Below, piece by piece: positions 1 to 13,130 of a stretch of 64,000 bases of DNA. Under the pieces are notes generated by a model, which was not told the DNA's origin, made no database searches, and saw only the letters and a list, made by a program, of their open reading frames with translations. Both the position numbers and the translations under genes were made by a program. The stretch covers positions 2,666,001 through 2,730,000 of the forward strand of contig OZ251227.1 of assembly GCA_965240325.2 (NCBI GenBank), in the 5' to 3' direction. The DNA is from Rebecca billardiae RCC1528 (taxonomy: Eukaryota > Protista > Haptophyta). Numbering within the stretch: the stretch's first letter is position 1; every line of letters starts with the position of its first letter.

Positions 1-1200
1 CCAGCCGCACCACCACCCGCACTGTCAGCCGCGCGGCTGGCCGCGCCACATGCCGCGCCACCGGCCACGCGGACGCCAGCACCGGCTGTGCCGCTAGCCA
101 CGCCGCTGCCACTGCCGGCCGCGCCGCCCACGCCGCCGCCCGCGCCCGCGCCCGCGCCCACGTTGCCAGCCGCGCCCCCGGCCGCGCCCCCGGCCGCGCC
201 GCCGGCCGCGCCACCGGCCGCGCGGACGCCAGCGCCAGCGGTGCCGCCAGCCACGCAGCTGCCGCTGCTGCTGCCACCAGTGCTGCTGCTGCCGCCCGCA
301 CCGGCCGCGCCGCCGCCGGCCGCGCCACCGCCGGCCGCGCCGCCGCCGGCCGCGCCGCCGCCGGCCGCGCGATCGCGAGCGCTGTCAGCCGCGCCGCTGT
401 CCGCGCCGCCGGCAGCACCTCCGGCCGCGCCTCCAGCCGCGCGGACGCCAACGCCAGCTGTGCCGCCAGCCACGCCACTGCAGCTGCCGCCCGCGCCGCC
501 CGCGCCGCCGCCAGCACCCGCGCCCGCGTTGCCAGCCGCGCCGCCGGCCGCGTCCGGCCGCGTCGCCGGGCGCACCGCCGCCTGGCGCGCAGTTGTCGGG
601 CGTGCCGCCGTCGGGCGCGCCGCCACCGGGCGCGCCATCGCCCGCGCTGTCAGCCGCGCCGCCGGCCACGCCGCAGGCCGCGCCACCGGCCGCGCGGACG
701 CCAACGCCGGCTGTGCCGCCAGCCACGCCGCTGTCGCTGCAGCTGCCGCCGCCGCCGCTGCTGCCGGCCGCGCCGGCCGCGCGCGGCCGTGCCGCCGCCG
801 GCCGCGCCGCCGCCGGCAGTGCCGCCGCCGGCCGCGCCACCGCCCGCGCTGTCAGCCGCGCCGCTGGCCGCGCCACCGGCCGCGCCACCGGCCGCACGGA
901 CGCCAGCGCCGACTGTGCCGCCAGCCACGCCGCTGCCGCTGCCGCTCGCGCCGGCCGCGCCGCCGCCCGTGCCCGCGGACGCGCCCGCGTTGCCAGCCGC
1001 GCCGCCCGCCGCGCCGCCGGCCGCGCCGCCGACCACGCCACCGGCCGCGCGGACTCCAGCGCCGGCGGCACCGCCAGCTACGCCGCTACCGCTGCCGCTG
1101 CCGCTGCCGCCGCTGCCGCCGGCCGCGCCGCCGGCCGCGTCGCCGGCCGCGCCGCCTGCCGCGCCGCCAGCCGCGCCGCCCTGCCGCGCTGGCCACGTGC
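1..1200. repeat. GC-rich degenerate minisatellite (about 6 units of 150-250 bp); Gly/Ala-rich on the minus strand
   Basis: GCGGACGCCA-like anchor recurs at about 69, 222, 441, 695, 897 and 1048; CTGTCAGCCGCG recurs at 22, 382, 647 and 849; runs off the window start. Confidence 0.85.
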
Positions 1201-2085
1201 AGCGGCGGCAGCTGGCGGCGCCGGTCGCGGTGGGAGCCGGCCGCTCCGGATCACGTCATTGATCCCGTCGGCGTCCGCACTCCATAGCTCGGGCATGTCC
1301 GAGTCCGGCCGCTCCGAGATGGCGATCGCCTCCGACGACGCGAGCGCAACACCCTCATCGTTGCGCACGATGGCGATCGTGGCCGCGCGCGAGTGCGCTG
1401 CGTTTGGCCCGTGTCCGCCGAGAGGAGGAGGACATGCGGCTGCCCGCGCGGGCGCGCGGACTTGCCGTAGCGCTCCAAGCGGTCCAGCACGGCGCCCACG
1501 GCCTGCGCCCACGGCCGCGCCGCCGACTCGCTGCCGATCATCATCACGCCCGCGCCCGCGTGCTCGCGATTGCGCAGCGCGCTCTCACGTGAGCCAGCCA
1601 CCGGCGGCGGGATCGGGTGGCGCATGCCCAGGTTGAGCCACGTCGAGATCTCTCGGGCTGGCGCGAGCCCACGATGCGCAGTGTGCGGTCCTTCTCGCGC
1701 GCCTAGTGCACGACGCCCTCGTCGTCGAGCGAGTGAAGGCAGGCAAGCCCGAGCGCGTCTCACTGGAAGAGCAGCAGCTTGGCTACACGCAGCAGGTTGT
1801 TCTTCTTCCGCTCGGCCTTGATGGCGACGAGGCTGTTGACGCTGCGCTTGACCTCCGCCGGGTAGTTCTCGTTCGGCATGATCGAGTGGTCCACCTCGCT
1901 CCCCGCCTCGCGCGCGCTGACAGCTTGAGCATCTCGTGCGGCAGCGCCGCGGCCATGCGCAGCCGCGCAGATGCGGCAGAGACCTGGCGCCCGATGCGTT
2001 AGGCACCTTTGCGATACAGCTTGGACTTCCTAGGCTTCGCGCAGGAACGCTTGCCCTTGCCCACGGTGAGCACAGCCGTCGTCAT
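1..2085 (-). pseudogene. Degraded ORF of unknown function, probably TE-borne, ending in the Gly/Ala repeat
   Basis: From ATG 2085: MTTAVLTVGKGKR...; protein-like segments (EVDHSIMPNENYPAEVKRSVNSLVAIK, ISTWLNLGMRHP, IAIVRNDEGVALASSE) are broken by stops at 1999-2001, 1760-1762 and 1703-1705 and by several frameshifts. Confidence 0.5.
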
Positions 2086-3133
2086 TGCTGCGCGCGGCGA
2101 GCGCGGTGCGGCGCGGCCGGGCCGGGCGCAGCCGCAGCAAGTTAGTCTGATGCAAATTCCCGGTCACCCATGCAAAAGTAAGCGTTCCCGCTGCGCATGT
2201 GCGTGCATCACGAGTAACCCGCCGCCTGAATAACAACTCCGCGCCCCTCCATACACTTCCTGCATCCCCGCGCGCAGCGGCGTGCGGGCGGGCGCGAATT
2301 CGCACCGTGTTACGAACAGACCTAGCAAAGTAGATCGGTGTGGCGCGTCGGGACGCGGAGCGGGTGCGGGGCAGGCGGGGGATAGGTTGGGGAACACTCG
2401 CGATTAGAGCACCGGTGGCGCAGCGGCGACGTGGACGCCGCCACACGCGCACGCACGGCGCGCGCTCGCACCGCGAGTCGAACGTCCGCTCGCCAAGCCC
2501 TGCGACGGCGTCCGTGCGACGCCGAGCGACGAACGCTCTCGGGATTTGGCCCGGACCACCAGATTCAGCCGTTAACGGCCGAAAATTCATTTGTTGGAGT
2601 TTCCTTAACGGCCGCTTTAAAAAAGAAATCGTTGCTGTGAGCGTTATTTGGCGGCCCCGGCACACGCCGAGCGACCGAGGGCGATCGGAGGCTCAAAGCC
2701 GAAAAGGCTCTCGTTTTGCGTGCCGGTGCGCGCGACTCAGCGCAGGTGCGCGCACTGCAGCTGCGGCGGGTCCCAACAGCCGTCGGCATCGCATTCGTGC
2801 CTCGCTCACCCCACGCGCCCCGCCCTGCCATGCGTCTTCGGCCCAAAGTGTACACCCCGCCCGGCCCGCGGCGTCGGCGCCCGCCGACGAAGTACGTTCA
2901 CGAACACGGCCATCGGACTGCCGCGCCGCGCAGGTGACTCGACCTCGAGCGAGCCTGGGGCGTGGAGGCGACCGACGGCGGGGTGCGACTTGCCCACCGA
3001 CCCGAGCTGCATCACCCAGCGCAGCTTCGCCCGCGACGATGCTTCGCCTGGCTACCACTGCTCAGCCTCGTTACCCACCGGCTGTGATGGCGACGCTGTC
3101 TGTCCGCGCGGCGTGCGGCGGCGCGCAGGCAGG

Positions 3134-4225
3134 CGGATATCCCACTGCAACAGATAGGATCTGATCCTATGGCATAGGATGAGTTCACCAGAGCGCCAGC
3201 GGCTCAGTTCTGCGCATACGATCATCGGTGTTGCTATATCGTACACACAACTCCACCGGCTGTCGACACACACCATCTCCGCCTGCCGCCACTGCCACGG
3301 CGGTCGCGCGCGCGCGCGCGCGACCGCGCGCGCGCGCGCGATCCTATGCCATAGGATCCGCGCCAGGGACGGCTACATAGGATCGGCATGACAGCGTCAG
3401 TTGCTCGCCCCTGGCAGCCGAGCGGCGACCCTGGGCACGGACGGCGCAGGCGAGTGCTCGCACCGGATGCCCGCGCTGCCGCCCGCACCGCCGCCCACGC
3501 CGCCAGGCGCGTTGCTGCCCGTGGCACACCGATTCTGGGGCGGGGCGAAGAGAGGGCAACCGCCATCGTGCGTGCGGCCACGGACCTCCCACGATGGTGG
3601 CGGCCGTCCTTGTGGACCACTAGCCCACGAATCCAAGAGCGTGCGGGTCGAGCGTCGCGTAAATCGACTGCGGCACACGCATGGCGTGTCTACAGGTGCG
3701 ATACCATCCACGCACGCGACATGGCAAGATGTTCCGGCTACCTCCGAGGCTTGCTCTACATGCGTGCCGATGCTCGATCGCAACCACCTGACGACGCGAG
3801 CGACCCGCAGCGGCTTGTGCGCGCAGCCCCGGCGTGACGTACAATGCCATGCTTGGCGAGGACCAAAACGCATTGTGATTGAACCTCGTACGGCTCCGGT
3901 CGAACACAGTGAACCACGATGTGTGAGCATCAAGCTGGGTGTCATCACAAGTGCCACATGTTGGTCGGCGTTGCCACCGTGGAGTCGCAAGGCGGCAACG
4001 ACCGCGACGGCTTCACGCGCTCCATCCGTGGAGCCCAAAACATGCGGTGGTGGTCGAAAATCACAACAAGCTCGCTCTGGCGGATGGTGGCGACACTGCT
4101 ACCGACCCCTAGGTGCAGTCGTACCATTCGGCAACATGAGAAAATGTCGTCTGCTGAGTCGTCCCTGGGGCCATCCTATGCCATAGGATTGAATCCTATG
4201 GGATAGGATCGCAGTGGGATATCCG
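3134..4225. mobile_element. Non-autonomous TIR DNA transposon, 1092 bp, with palindromic subterminal motifs
   Basis: Perfect 15-bp TIR CGGATATCCCACTGC / GCAGTGGGATATCCG; flanking CAGG duplicated (3130-3133 and 4226-4229); ATCCTATG-N-CATAGGAT palindrome at 3164, 3341 and 4173, with a variant at 4193. Confidence 0.85.
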
Positions 4226-4997
4226 CAGGGAGAGCGGCAGCCGGGCACCGAGCCGCAGGACGAGCTCTTGCTGGAGGACTCGCCCGAGCGCGCGTTCGCG
4301 CGCTTGCACACCGCGCTGCGCACCATGCACGACCAGCGCGTCCTGCGCTTCTACACGCAGAACGACTCGTCGTGGACGATCGATCACGGGACATTGGCCT
4401 GCTGCAGTCGCAGTATCGGCGCACGTGCTGCACGCGACCTCGCAGCGCGCGTGGCCCGCATTCGAGGGGAAGACGCCGAGGGCGTGCAAGGAGCGGCTGC
4501 TGCGGCTGCGGGACATCGTAGACAGGCTCGAGCCGCGGGACATTGGCCTGCTGCAGTCGCAGTATGCGCTGCTGCACGCGACCTCGCAGCGCGCGTGGCC
4601 CGCATTCGAGGGGAAGACGCCGAGGGCGTGCAAGGAGCGGCTGCTGCGGCTGCGGGACATCGTAGACAGGCTCGAGCCGCGGCTGCTCGCGACGCTCTTC
4701 CCCGCCGACGCCGACGACGAGCTGCGCGAGCTTGTCCGACGCTGCGCCGATCCCGCCGGCGCGCGAGGCTGTGCGAGGCTGACGGACGGGCTGCCGAGCG
4801 CGATCTCCTCAGCGCTGCGCGCGGCCACAGCAGGGCTGCCCGAAGCGCACCGGGCGGAGGCGCTGCGGCTGCTGCGCGTCGAGTTCGACACGGCCCAGCC
4901 CCCCGAGGCCGTCGATCGAGTCCGGATTACTCGCGCCCGCGCCTCCTGCACGGCGACGGCGCCGGGCGCGCGCATCGTAGTGATAAATTCACAGTGA
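4226..4997 (+). pseudogene. Disrupted ORF of unknown function (TE insertion, internal duplication, frameshift)
   Basis: Protein-like QDELLLEDSPERAFARLHTALRTMHDQRVLRFY then, in another frame, RDIGLLQSQYALLHAT...RIVVINSQ*; the 5' part is cut off by the TIR element. Confidence 0.45.
4387..4682 (+). repeat. Tandem duplication, about 149-bp period, near-identical copies
   Basis: CGGGACATTGGCCTGCTGCAGTCGCAGTAT...GGCTCGAGCCGCGG starts at 4387 and again at 4536. Confidence 0.95.
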
Positions 4998-5293
4998 TTC
5001 GGTGAAGAACGCGACAACTACCAGGGCCGTGCGCCATCAACTTCGTTGTTCACTACCCGAAGATCGGCGTAGCCGATCATACTGTGACGAATAATAACTT
5101 ATTGCGCTGATGATGATGCTGATGATGAAAGCTAGTTACGACTAATTCTGGTGAACACAGCTTTAAACAATTTTAATTCGTGAGAAAGCCCTGGGAGACC
5201 CAGCTCCGACCCCCTTTAATTGGTTGTCCAATACTGCTGTCCCAAGTAATACCGGAGTAGGAATACGAACAATGGGGCCTCAAACGTTTTTTG

Positions 5294-5391
5294 ATTAGGC
5301 ACGCCTCGGGAATCGAGAACGCACTTGGTTAATTTTTGCGCCAATTAGGGCACGCCTCGGGAATCGAAGCGCATGTGGTTAATTTTTGCGC
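5294..5391 (+). repeat. Two direct repeats of about 50 bp in an AT-rich TE-like segment
   Basis: ATTAGG(G)CACGCCTCGGGAATCGA...TGGTTAATTTTTGCGC at 5294 and 5344. Confidence 0.85.
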
Positions 5392-6278
5392 GCGCCGCAT
5401 AGAGATGTCGTTGCGATTCCCACAAATCTGGCGGCGATCTTAGCGGTACCCCCTTACCCAGTTCATACCGCCTATACAATACGGTAACGGTACGGACCTG
5501 GCGCGCCTCGCCGTGCACCCGCACGAGGCCACGCGCCCCGGCGCGCGCGCGCCCGCGGCCTCGCACCCAAACTGCGAGACGCCGGCAGCGCTCGACGCGT
5601 GCCTCGCGCAGCGCGGCTGGCGAGCACGCTGAACGGCGTGGACGAGGCGCGCAACGCGGAGCGCCGCGAGGGTCACGCCGCGCGTCGAGCCGAACCGCGC
5701 GCGGCGCGCGAGGCCGCCGGGACCGACGCGGTCGCGCGCCATCTGGGCGTACGGCGGCAGCAGCGCGCACGACGTGCGGACTGCAGTTGCTGCACGACTA
5801 CCACGCGTCGATGGCCGACGCGCGCACGCACGGCGTGATCGGTGCGTGCCGTTGCCGTGCCGCCGTGCCCGAGCGGCCGTGCGCAGCGACGACTGCATCG
5901 ACTGCATCGACGCGCGCCTCGCTGGCGCCTCGGTGGGCCTTGCAGAACTGGGAGAGCCACGCTGCCGCACCTGGCTAATGGCTAAATCGCACACGCGACG
6001 CGCGAAGACGCGGCAGCTCGGATGATACCGTTAGTCAGCGCTGAACGGCCAACTCGTCTCATCCGTCATCGTCGTCGGGTCTGCCGGCCCTGGCAAGCTT
6101 CTCCGTCGCGTCCTAGACGCGCTGTGTTCGACCAGCCCCACCGGGAAAAGGCCGCTAGGCCCCCGCTGTTTGATGAGTCTCGACAGTAGGCTCTCAGCGC
6201 GCAAAGCCGCAAACGGACGGTTTGGCAAACGGTCCCACTCCGGACTCCCAAAGGCTTGCTTGTGATGCGGAAATGTGA

Positions 6279-7071
6279 TGTGGGGTTATTGGCACAATAA
6301 CAGGGGCGTTGTGCCAGCTGGACAAACGCCTTCCGGTCTTTTCAGATCGGCGCTTTTCAAAAAGAAATGTTCCGCGCTGTCCAACGGCAAAGCGCGGCGG
6401 ATGGCGGCTTCGCCGCCGCATGGGCGCGCGAGTCGCCATTGCCCGCAGAAGACGTGCGTCACAGGCAAGGAAGCGGGCAGATGGCGCGTCGCACGCGTCG
6501 TGGAAGTCGGTCGCGACGCTCGCCGGCCTCAGCGCGCGCGGCGAAGCCACGTCCATGGGCGCCCAGCGTGCAGGCGGCACGGCCACGCCGCTCGGCCGCG
6601 GCGACCGGCCTCGCACGCGTTCTTGCGGCGCGAAAGAGCATCCCAGCTGCGGTCATTTGCCTTGTGCGTCGGGAGACGTGTGCCAGCTAGCCAATGCGCA
6701 CGCGCCGCGAGCTGCACGGCGTGCGCACACGTCGCCCGCCGCGCGGCCGGGCGTGCGCCGAAAGCGGCACAGCGAGAGAGGGCCCCGATCCGAGTGCAGG
6801 TCTCGCCAGGGCCCTCCACAAGTCCAAGGATCCTGGGTCTTGGGTCCTTCGCGTTTGTCCAGCTGGCGCAACGCTCCGTGATTGTCTAAGGGGACGGTGG
6901 GAGCGCAATGCGCCGTATCAACACCTGCCTGCCATTCAGCCTGAGCCAGCAGGCGGCCGAGCTCAAGTCCGGCTGCCATCTTGGCCACCCTCTTGGCTCT
7001 TCTCGTGCCACGAGGCGGACGACTTTCGAGCCCGTGCTCTGTGCGCACGCACGACGACGGCCTAGAACGAC
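6279..7071 (-). mobile_element. Hairpin-ended non-autonomous element, family A copy 1, interrupted by a TIR insertion
   Basis: 6281-6301 plus 6879-6978 is a near-identical inverted copy of about 9088-9210; a degenerate other end GACGACGGCCTAGAACGAC lies at about 7053-7071. Confidence 0.7.
6302..6878. mobile_element. 577-bp MITE-like element with 28-bp TIRs, nested in family A, no visible TSD
   Basis: 6302-6329 AGGGGCGTTGTGCCAGCTGGACAAACGC versus 6851-6878 GCGTTTGTCCAGCTGGCGCAACGCTCCG (3 mismatches); the empty site AATAAC|TGATTG is intact in the other two family A copies. Confidence 0.8.
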
Positions 7072-7358
7072 CTACTCTCTGCGCTGCTCCTGGGCCATAT
7101 GCTCACTAGGCAAGGTTGGCATGGCGGTCAGGACGGCCAATTCGTGGACTGGGTTTTTTCATCAGGCGCCGAGCCAACCGTTACCGTCGCTGCTGCATGC
7201 CTCCCGCTCACTCGCAGCGAGCGCCCTTCGGAAGCGCCCACTGTCCTGATGGCTGCAGCTGTTTCCGGCGGCCCGCAGCTTCGAGGCGCCCTGTGCACGA
7301 TGTCCTTCGTGCCTCGCTGTCGTGCGGCTTGGCGGCTCTCGAGCTGCGTCGTCCAAGC

Positions 7359-7494
<136 letters not shown>

Positions 7495-7516
7495 AGCCCG
7501 GCGTGCAGTGGGTGCC

Positions 7517-7586
<70 letters not shown>

Positions 7587-7597
7587 ATATATATATA

Positions 7598-7623
<26 letters not shown>
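7495..7623. repeat. 27-bp inverted repeat enclosing a (TA)n array (7521-7597)
   Basis: 7495-7521 AGCCCGGCGTGCAGTGGGTGCCACCTT is the reverse complement of 7597-7623 with one mismatch. Confidence 0.95.
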
Positions 7624-9215
<1,592 letters not shown>

Positions 9216-9425
9216 TATATATATATACAGCGGCACACCGAGCGACCGGCACATAACGCACACGTCCGAGCGCCACTCGGACACACGCCGGTCCAGCGCC
9301 TCGGGCGACATGCACAGCGGCGCCCTCACCTGCACCCACGCCATACACGCGCGCGCTGTACGCGTGACGCGCGCCTCGGACAGCGCGCCACCCGTCCGCC
9401 AGGCGCCTCCGCCGCGTCCGCCCGC

Positions 9426-11821
9426 TCAGTAGTACGCCGCCGCCTCGCGCGTGACGATGATCTCGTCGGCGTCGGCGTACGAGGCAGCGGCGAGGTGCTC
9501 GCGCAGCTCGCTCTCCGCGCGGCGCGCGGCGATCGCGCGGCGGGTGGCGTGCGCGCCGAGCGCGGCGAGCGCCACGAGCGAAAAGCCACCCAGCGCCGCC
9601 GTGAGCGCCCCCATGGCCGTGCGCTCGGGCGAAGGCACAAAGACAGGCGCGCCGGCGCGCAGCAGCTTGAACGCCGAGGGTGGCAGCGCGCCGAACGGCT
9701 CCTCCTCCTCCATCATCCACTCGTGCGAGTAGTCCGGCACGAGCTCCGCCGCGCCGTCAAAGTCGCACGTCGCCCACGTGTGGTTCTTGCGGTGCGCCTT
9801 CCAGTAGTAGGTGAAGATCTCCGTCGCCTTGTCGGCGCGCGAGTCGGCGGAGGTGCCGAGGCACCACTGGATCGGCGCCATGTACGGCTGGCTGCACGCC
9901 CACTCGACCTGCGCGTGCAGCACCTTCACCTTCACGCCGTCCTTCGCGCGGCAGATGAACGAGGACTTGTCCTCGAGCTGGCACGGCGGCGCGCCGCGCG
10001 GCGCGTGTGCGGGTGCGCACGGGGCGTGCGCGCGCGTGAGCGAGGCGCGTGCGCGGCGCGCGGAGTGCGTGCAATGCGCGCGCGCGCGCGCACGTTGCAC
10101 GCGGTGCGCACGGCGTCGGTGGTGAGCGCGTCCTCGGGCATCCACCCCTTCTCCACGCTGCGCATGTAGTCCCACTTGGGCTCGAGCTCCGTCTTGAAGT
10201 TCCAGAAGAACCAGCCCTGCCCCGAGAGGAACCCATTCAATTTCTTGTGCGCAAACGCGGTGGTGATCTCATCGTCGCGACCGTCAGGCCACGCGCGGTC
10301 GATCGGGCACCAGCCGAAGCGCGGCGTGGACTCGCCCGTGCCGAACGGGCCCTGGTCCGCCTTCGCCGGGTCCGGCGGCGCGCCCGGCTGCTCGGGCCCC
10401 ATGTACGGATCCGCGCACCACGTCCAGTCGCACTCGACCATCGGGAATCCGTTCAAGTTGTCGTTGAAACCGTTGAGCCACATCGCGCAGTTGTCGCTCG
10501 CGAGCGAGAACTCGCCGACGACGAGCGGCATCACGCGCTGCTCGATCGACTGGATGAGGTCCTTCGAGCCGCACGCGTCGAGGAAGAAGTTCACCGCCGG
10601 CTGCTGCGGCGACCACGCCTGGTGCATGTGCGAGTCGAGAAGCACGCCGTCACACCCCTTCATGAAGCCCTCCCAGATGTCGAGCCTCGGGCGGAAGGAG
10701 TCGTGCATCATGTAGAGCCAGCCCGGGGCGCGGCGCTTCATCGCCTTGTACCCCTCCCAGTAGAACCGCTTGAGCGGGCTGCGCGCGCGCCGAGAAGGTG
10801 GGGGGGGCGCGGGCGGGGCGTGAGGCGCGGCGGCACGAGCGCGCGCGCGCGCGCGGCCGCGCGGCCGCGGCGCGGCAGCGGAGGGGGCGCGCGCGCTCGG
10901 CGCGCCCGCGCCGCCGCCGCACCCGACGGGCGTGAACTGCCACGGCTCGTTGAGCGGCTGCAGGCCGATGACGGCCGGGTGGTCCTTGTACTGGTCCGCG
11001 ATCATCCGGAGCACGTCCACCACCAGGTCGACGTTGCCCCAGTTGATGGTGCTCTGCCGGACGTGCCGCCCGTCCCATGTGCCCAGCCAGCCCGCCTCCT
11101 GCATCGGCCAGTGCGCAAACGTGATCGAGCCGACGGGCGAGCTGCGCATCGCGTAGTCCCACTCGAGCCGGCGCATCATGCCCGAGTTGTCGAACCCGTT
11201 CTGCGAGTCCACCACGCCGTGCAGGTCGATCACTGCCTTCAGCCCGTACTTGTGCGCCAGGTCCAGAACGCGGTCGAGCTCGTCGAGCGAGCCGGCGGTA
11301 CAATTCACGTACGGTCCGTACGGCCGCCACATCCAGTCGCCGACGGGGATGCGCAGCGAGTTGATGTTCATCTTGGCTAGCTTCTTGATGTCCTCCTCCG
11401 TCACCCACGTGCGCCAGTGCCGCCGCAGCTGCACGTTGCCCTCCTCGGGCCCAAGCGCCTGGCAGAAGGTGTACATGTCCAGACCGGTGTTGTCGGCCAC
11501 GTCGTCGCCGAAGCGCTTGTCCGCGCCGAGGAACTGGTAGAAGAGGGAGGGCGTGATCCATGGCTCCAGGAGCAGCCAGCCGCCCAGCCCAACCCCGCGG
11601 AACGGCTCGTCGAACGGCGTGCGCGTGCTGTCGCACGTCATCGCGCCGTCATCAACACTGAATTTGAGCGGCAGCTCGTCGGCGGCCGGATCGTCGAAGC
11701 GATAGTCGTCGCCGCCGTTGTAGTCCGGGCCAAACTCGCCGTACTCGATCCGCGCGTCGGTGCGCACGGCGCAGCCGAGCGCGAGCGCGAGCGCGAGCGC
11801 GCGCCTCCCCTCGCCGAGCAT
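9426..11821 (-). CDS. GH5 exo-beta-1,3-glucanase-like protein with C-terminal X8/CBM43 domain and TM helix; 3 exons
   Basis: Signal peptide; [30 protein letters not shown], catalytic NEP and [16 protein letters not shown]; introns 10922-10779 and 10093-9978; X8-like C.AK...WAC...C...YYW...TCDFDGAA; hydrophobic [15 protein letters not shown]. Confidence 0.92.
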
Positions 11822-12138
11822 GCCGCCCAGCAGTCGTCGTCGGCTTTTCGCGACGTCCTTCGGCCAGCCAGCAGGCGGCTTTTTGCAGTCCGTTGGCCGT
11901 CCGTGGCTACGGGAAATGCGGCCAAACGACTGGACAGCTGTGACGATCGGCAAACCCGGTCTCGGCCGCGTGTGTCCCAGCCGGTGCAAGGGGACGCACG
12001 GCCGTGGTCGGCAGGACAAGCCGCGGTCCCGGACCCCTTTGCGGTGAAGGGCCCGATTCACCCGCCGATGAAAGCTCGCCAGCGTGCCAGCTACTCGCAG
12101 CCTCCAATCATCACAGTCATCGGATGATTCGGCGCATC

Positions 12139-13056
12139 TCACCGGCGGCGGAGCTCCTGGTGCTTCCGCCTGCCCGCGAGCTCCTTGCACCGCTGGATGA
12201 TCTTCGGTGCATGATGGTCCCAGTGTCGCGCGTGCAGGAGCTCGATCGGCGGTGGCACGGCGGTGTCCGCGCCGCTGCTCGCGCTGGCGGCGGCGCTGAA
12301 ATGCTTCGAGGTGATGGGCAGCCGCCAAAAGGCCATGACCCGGCGCATCACCTCGTCCGGCCGTGCAACGAGCTCCTCGTAGTGCACGATGAGCAGCCGC
12401 CCGCTGTGCGCCTCCGCCTGCCGCTCCCACTCGCGCGCGTACCGTTCGTACGCAGCGCGCATCGTCTCGAACGGAATCCGGTGCCGGCGAGTGTCCTTGC
12501 CCTCGAGGCTGGCGCAGATGCGCTGGAGGTCCTCCTTAGTGTCGCCGGTCTCGCTGAGGTGCCGCTTCACGGCCGAGTCCGCGGCGGCCGTCGCGTTCCG
12601 CACCAGCACCACGGCGCCGGGCGCGTCTGCCGCGCCGGCGCGCAGCACGCGAGAGAGCGCCTCTCGGTTGCCGCTCGTCGGCAGCAGGTGCAGCCGCATC
12701 ACGCGCTCCTGCTCGACGATCTCGCGGAGGCGGGGCTCGTCGTACCCGTCGCACGAGTCGGCATGACGGATCGCCGAGAGCACGCGCTCCTCCTCGCTCA
12801 CCACGACCCCGCTCGCCAGCGCCTTCTCCACCACCTGGTACAGCCGCGGCTTCCCGATCTTGGCGCACTCGACGCGGTGCTGCGCGTTCGGCTTGTCGCC
12901 CATGAGCTGCCGCGCGGTGAGCAGCAGGGAGGTCGAGCCCGGCTTTGGCATCGCGATGAGCAGCCGCCCTCGGCAGTTGCCCGGGCCGCTCGCCGCGACG
13001 AGAATGGCGAGGACCGATCGCAGCAGTGGCGAGGTGCGCGACCGTCGCGACGCCAT
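12139..13056 (-). CDS. Sulfotransferase-like protein with N-terminal signal/anchor; intronless
   Basis: 5'-PSB-like LLIAMPKPGSTSL, 3'-PB-like VLVRN...DS, and LLIVHYEELVARPDEVMRRV. Confidence 0.75.
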   Translation of the reverse strand: MASRRSRTSPLLRSVLAILVAASGPGNCRGRLLIAMPKPGSTSLLLTARQLMGDKPNAQHRVECAKIGKPRLYQVVEKALASGVVVSEEERVLSAIRHADSCDGYDEPRLREIVEQERVMRLHLLPTSGNREALSRVLRAGAADAPGAVVLVRNATAAADSAVKRHLSETGDTKEDLQRICASLEGKDTRRHRIPFETMRAAYERYAREWERQAEAHSGRLLIVHYEELVARPDEVMRRVMAFWRLPITSKHFSAAASASSGADTAVPPPIELLHARHWDHHAPKIIQRCKELAGRRKHQELRRR

Positions 13057-13130
13057 CGTGCAAGGAGAAGAGTGGAGGCAAAAACGATGAACCGAAATAC
13101 CCCCATACCCGGTGCGTTGCAGATTTAATG

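Noticed and set aside
88-1287. Pro/Ala-rich plus-strand ORFs resembling extensin or formin
   Set aside because: All frames are open in this GC repeat; upstream coding signal favours the minus strand, and there is no ATG or signal peptide
10049-11380. Long antisense ORFs (also 19788-21281, 28064-29608, 37553-39094, 57488-58651)
   Set aside because: Shadow ORFs caused by extreme GC3 bias of the real genes on the opposite strand
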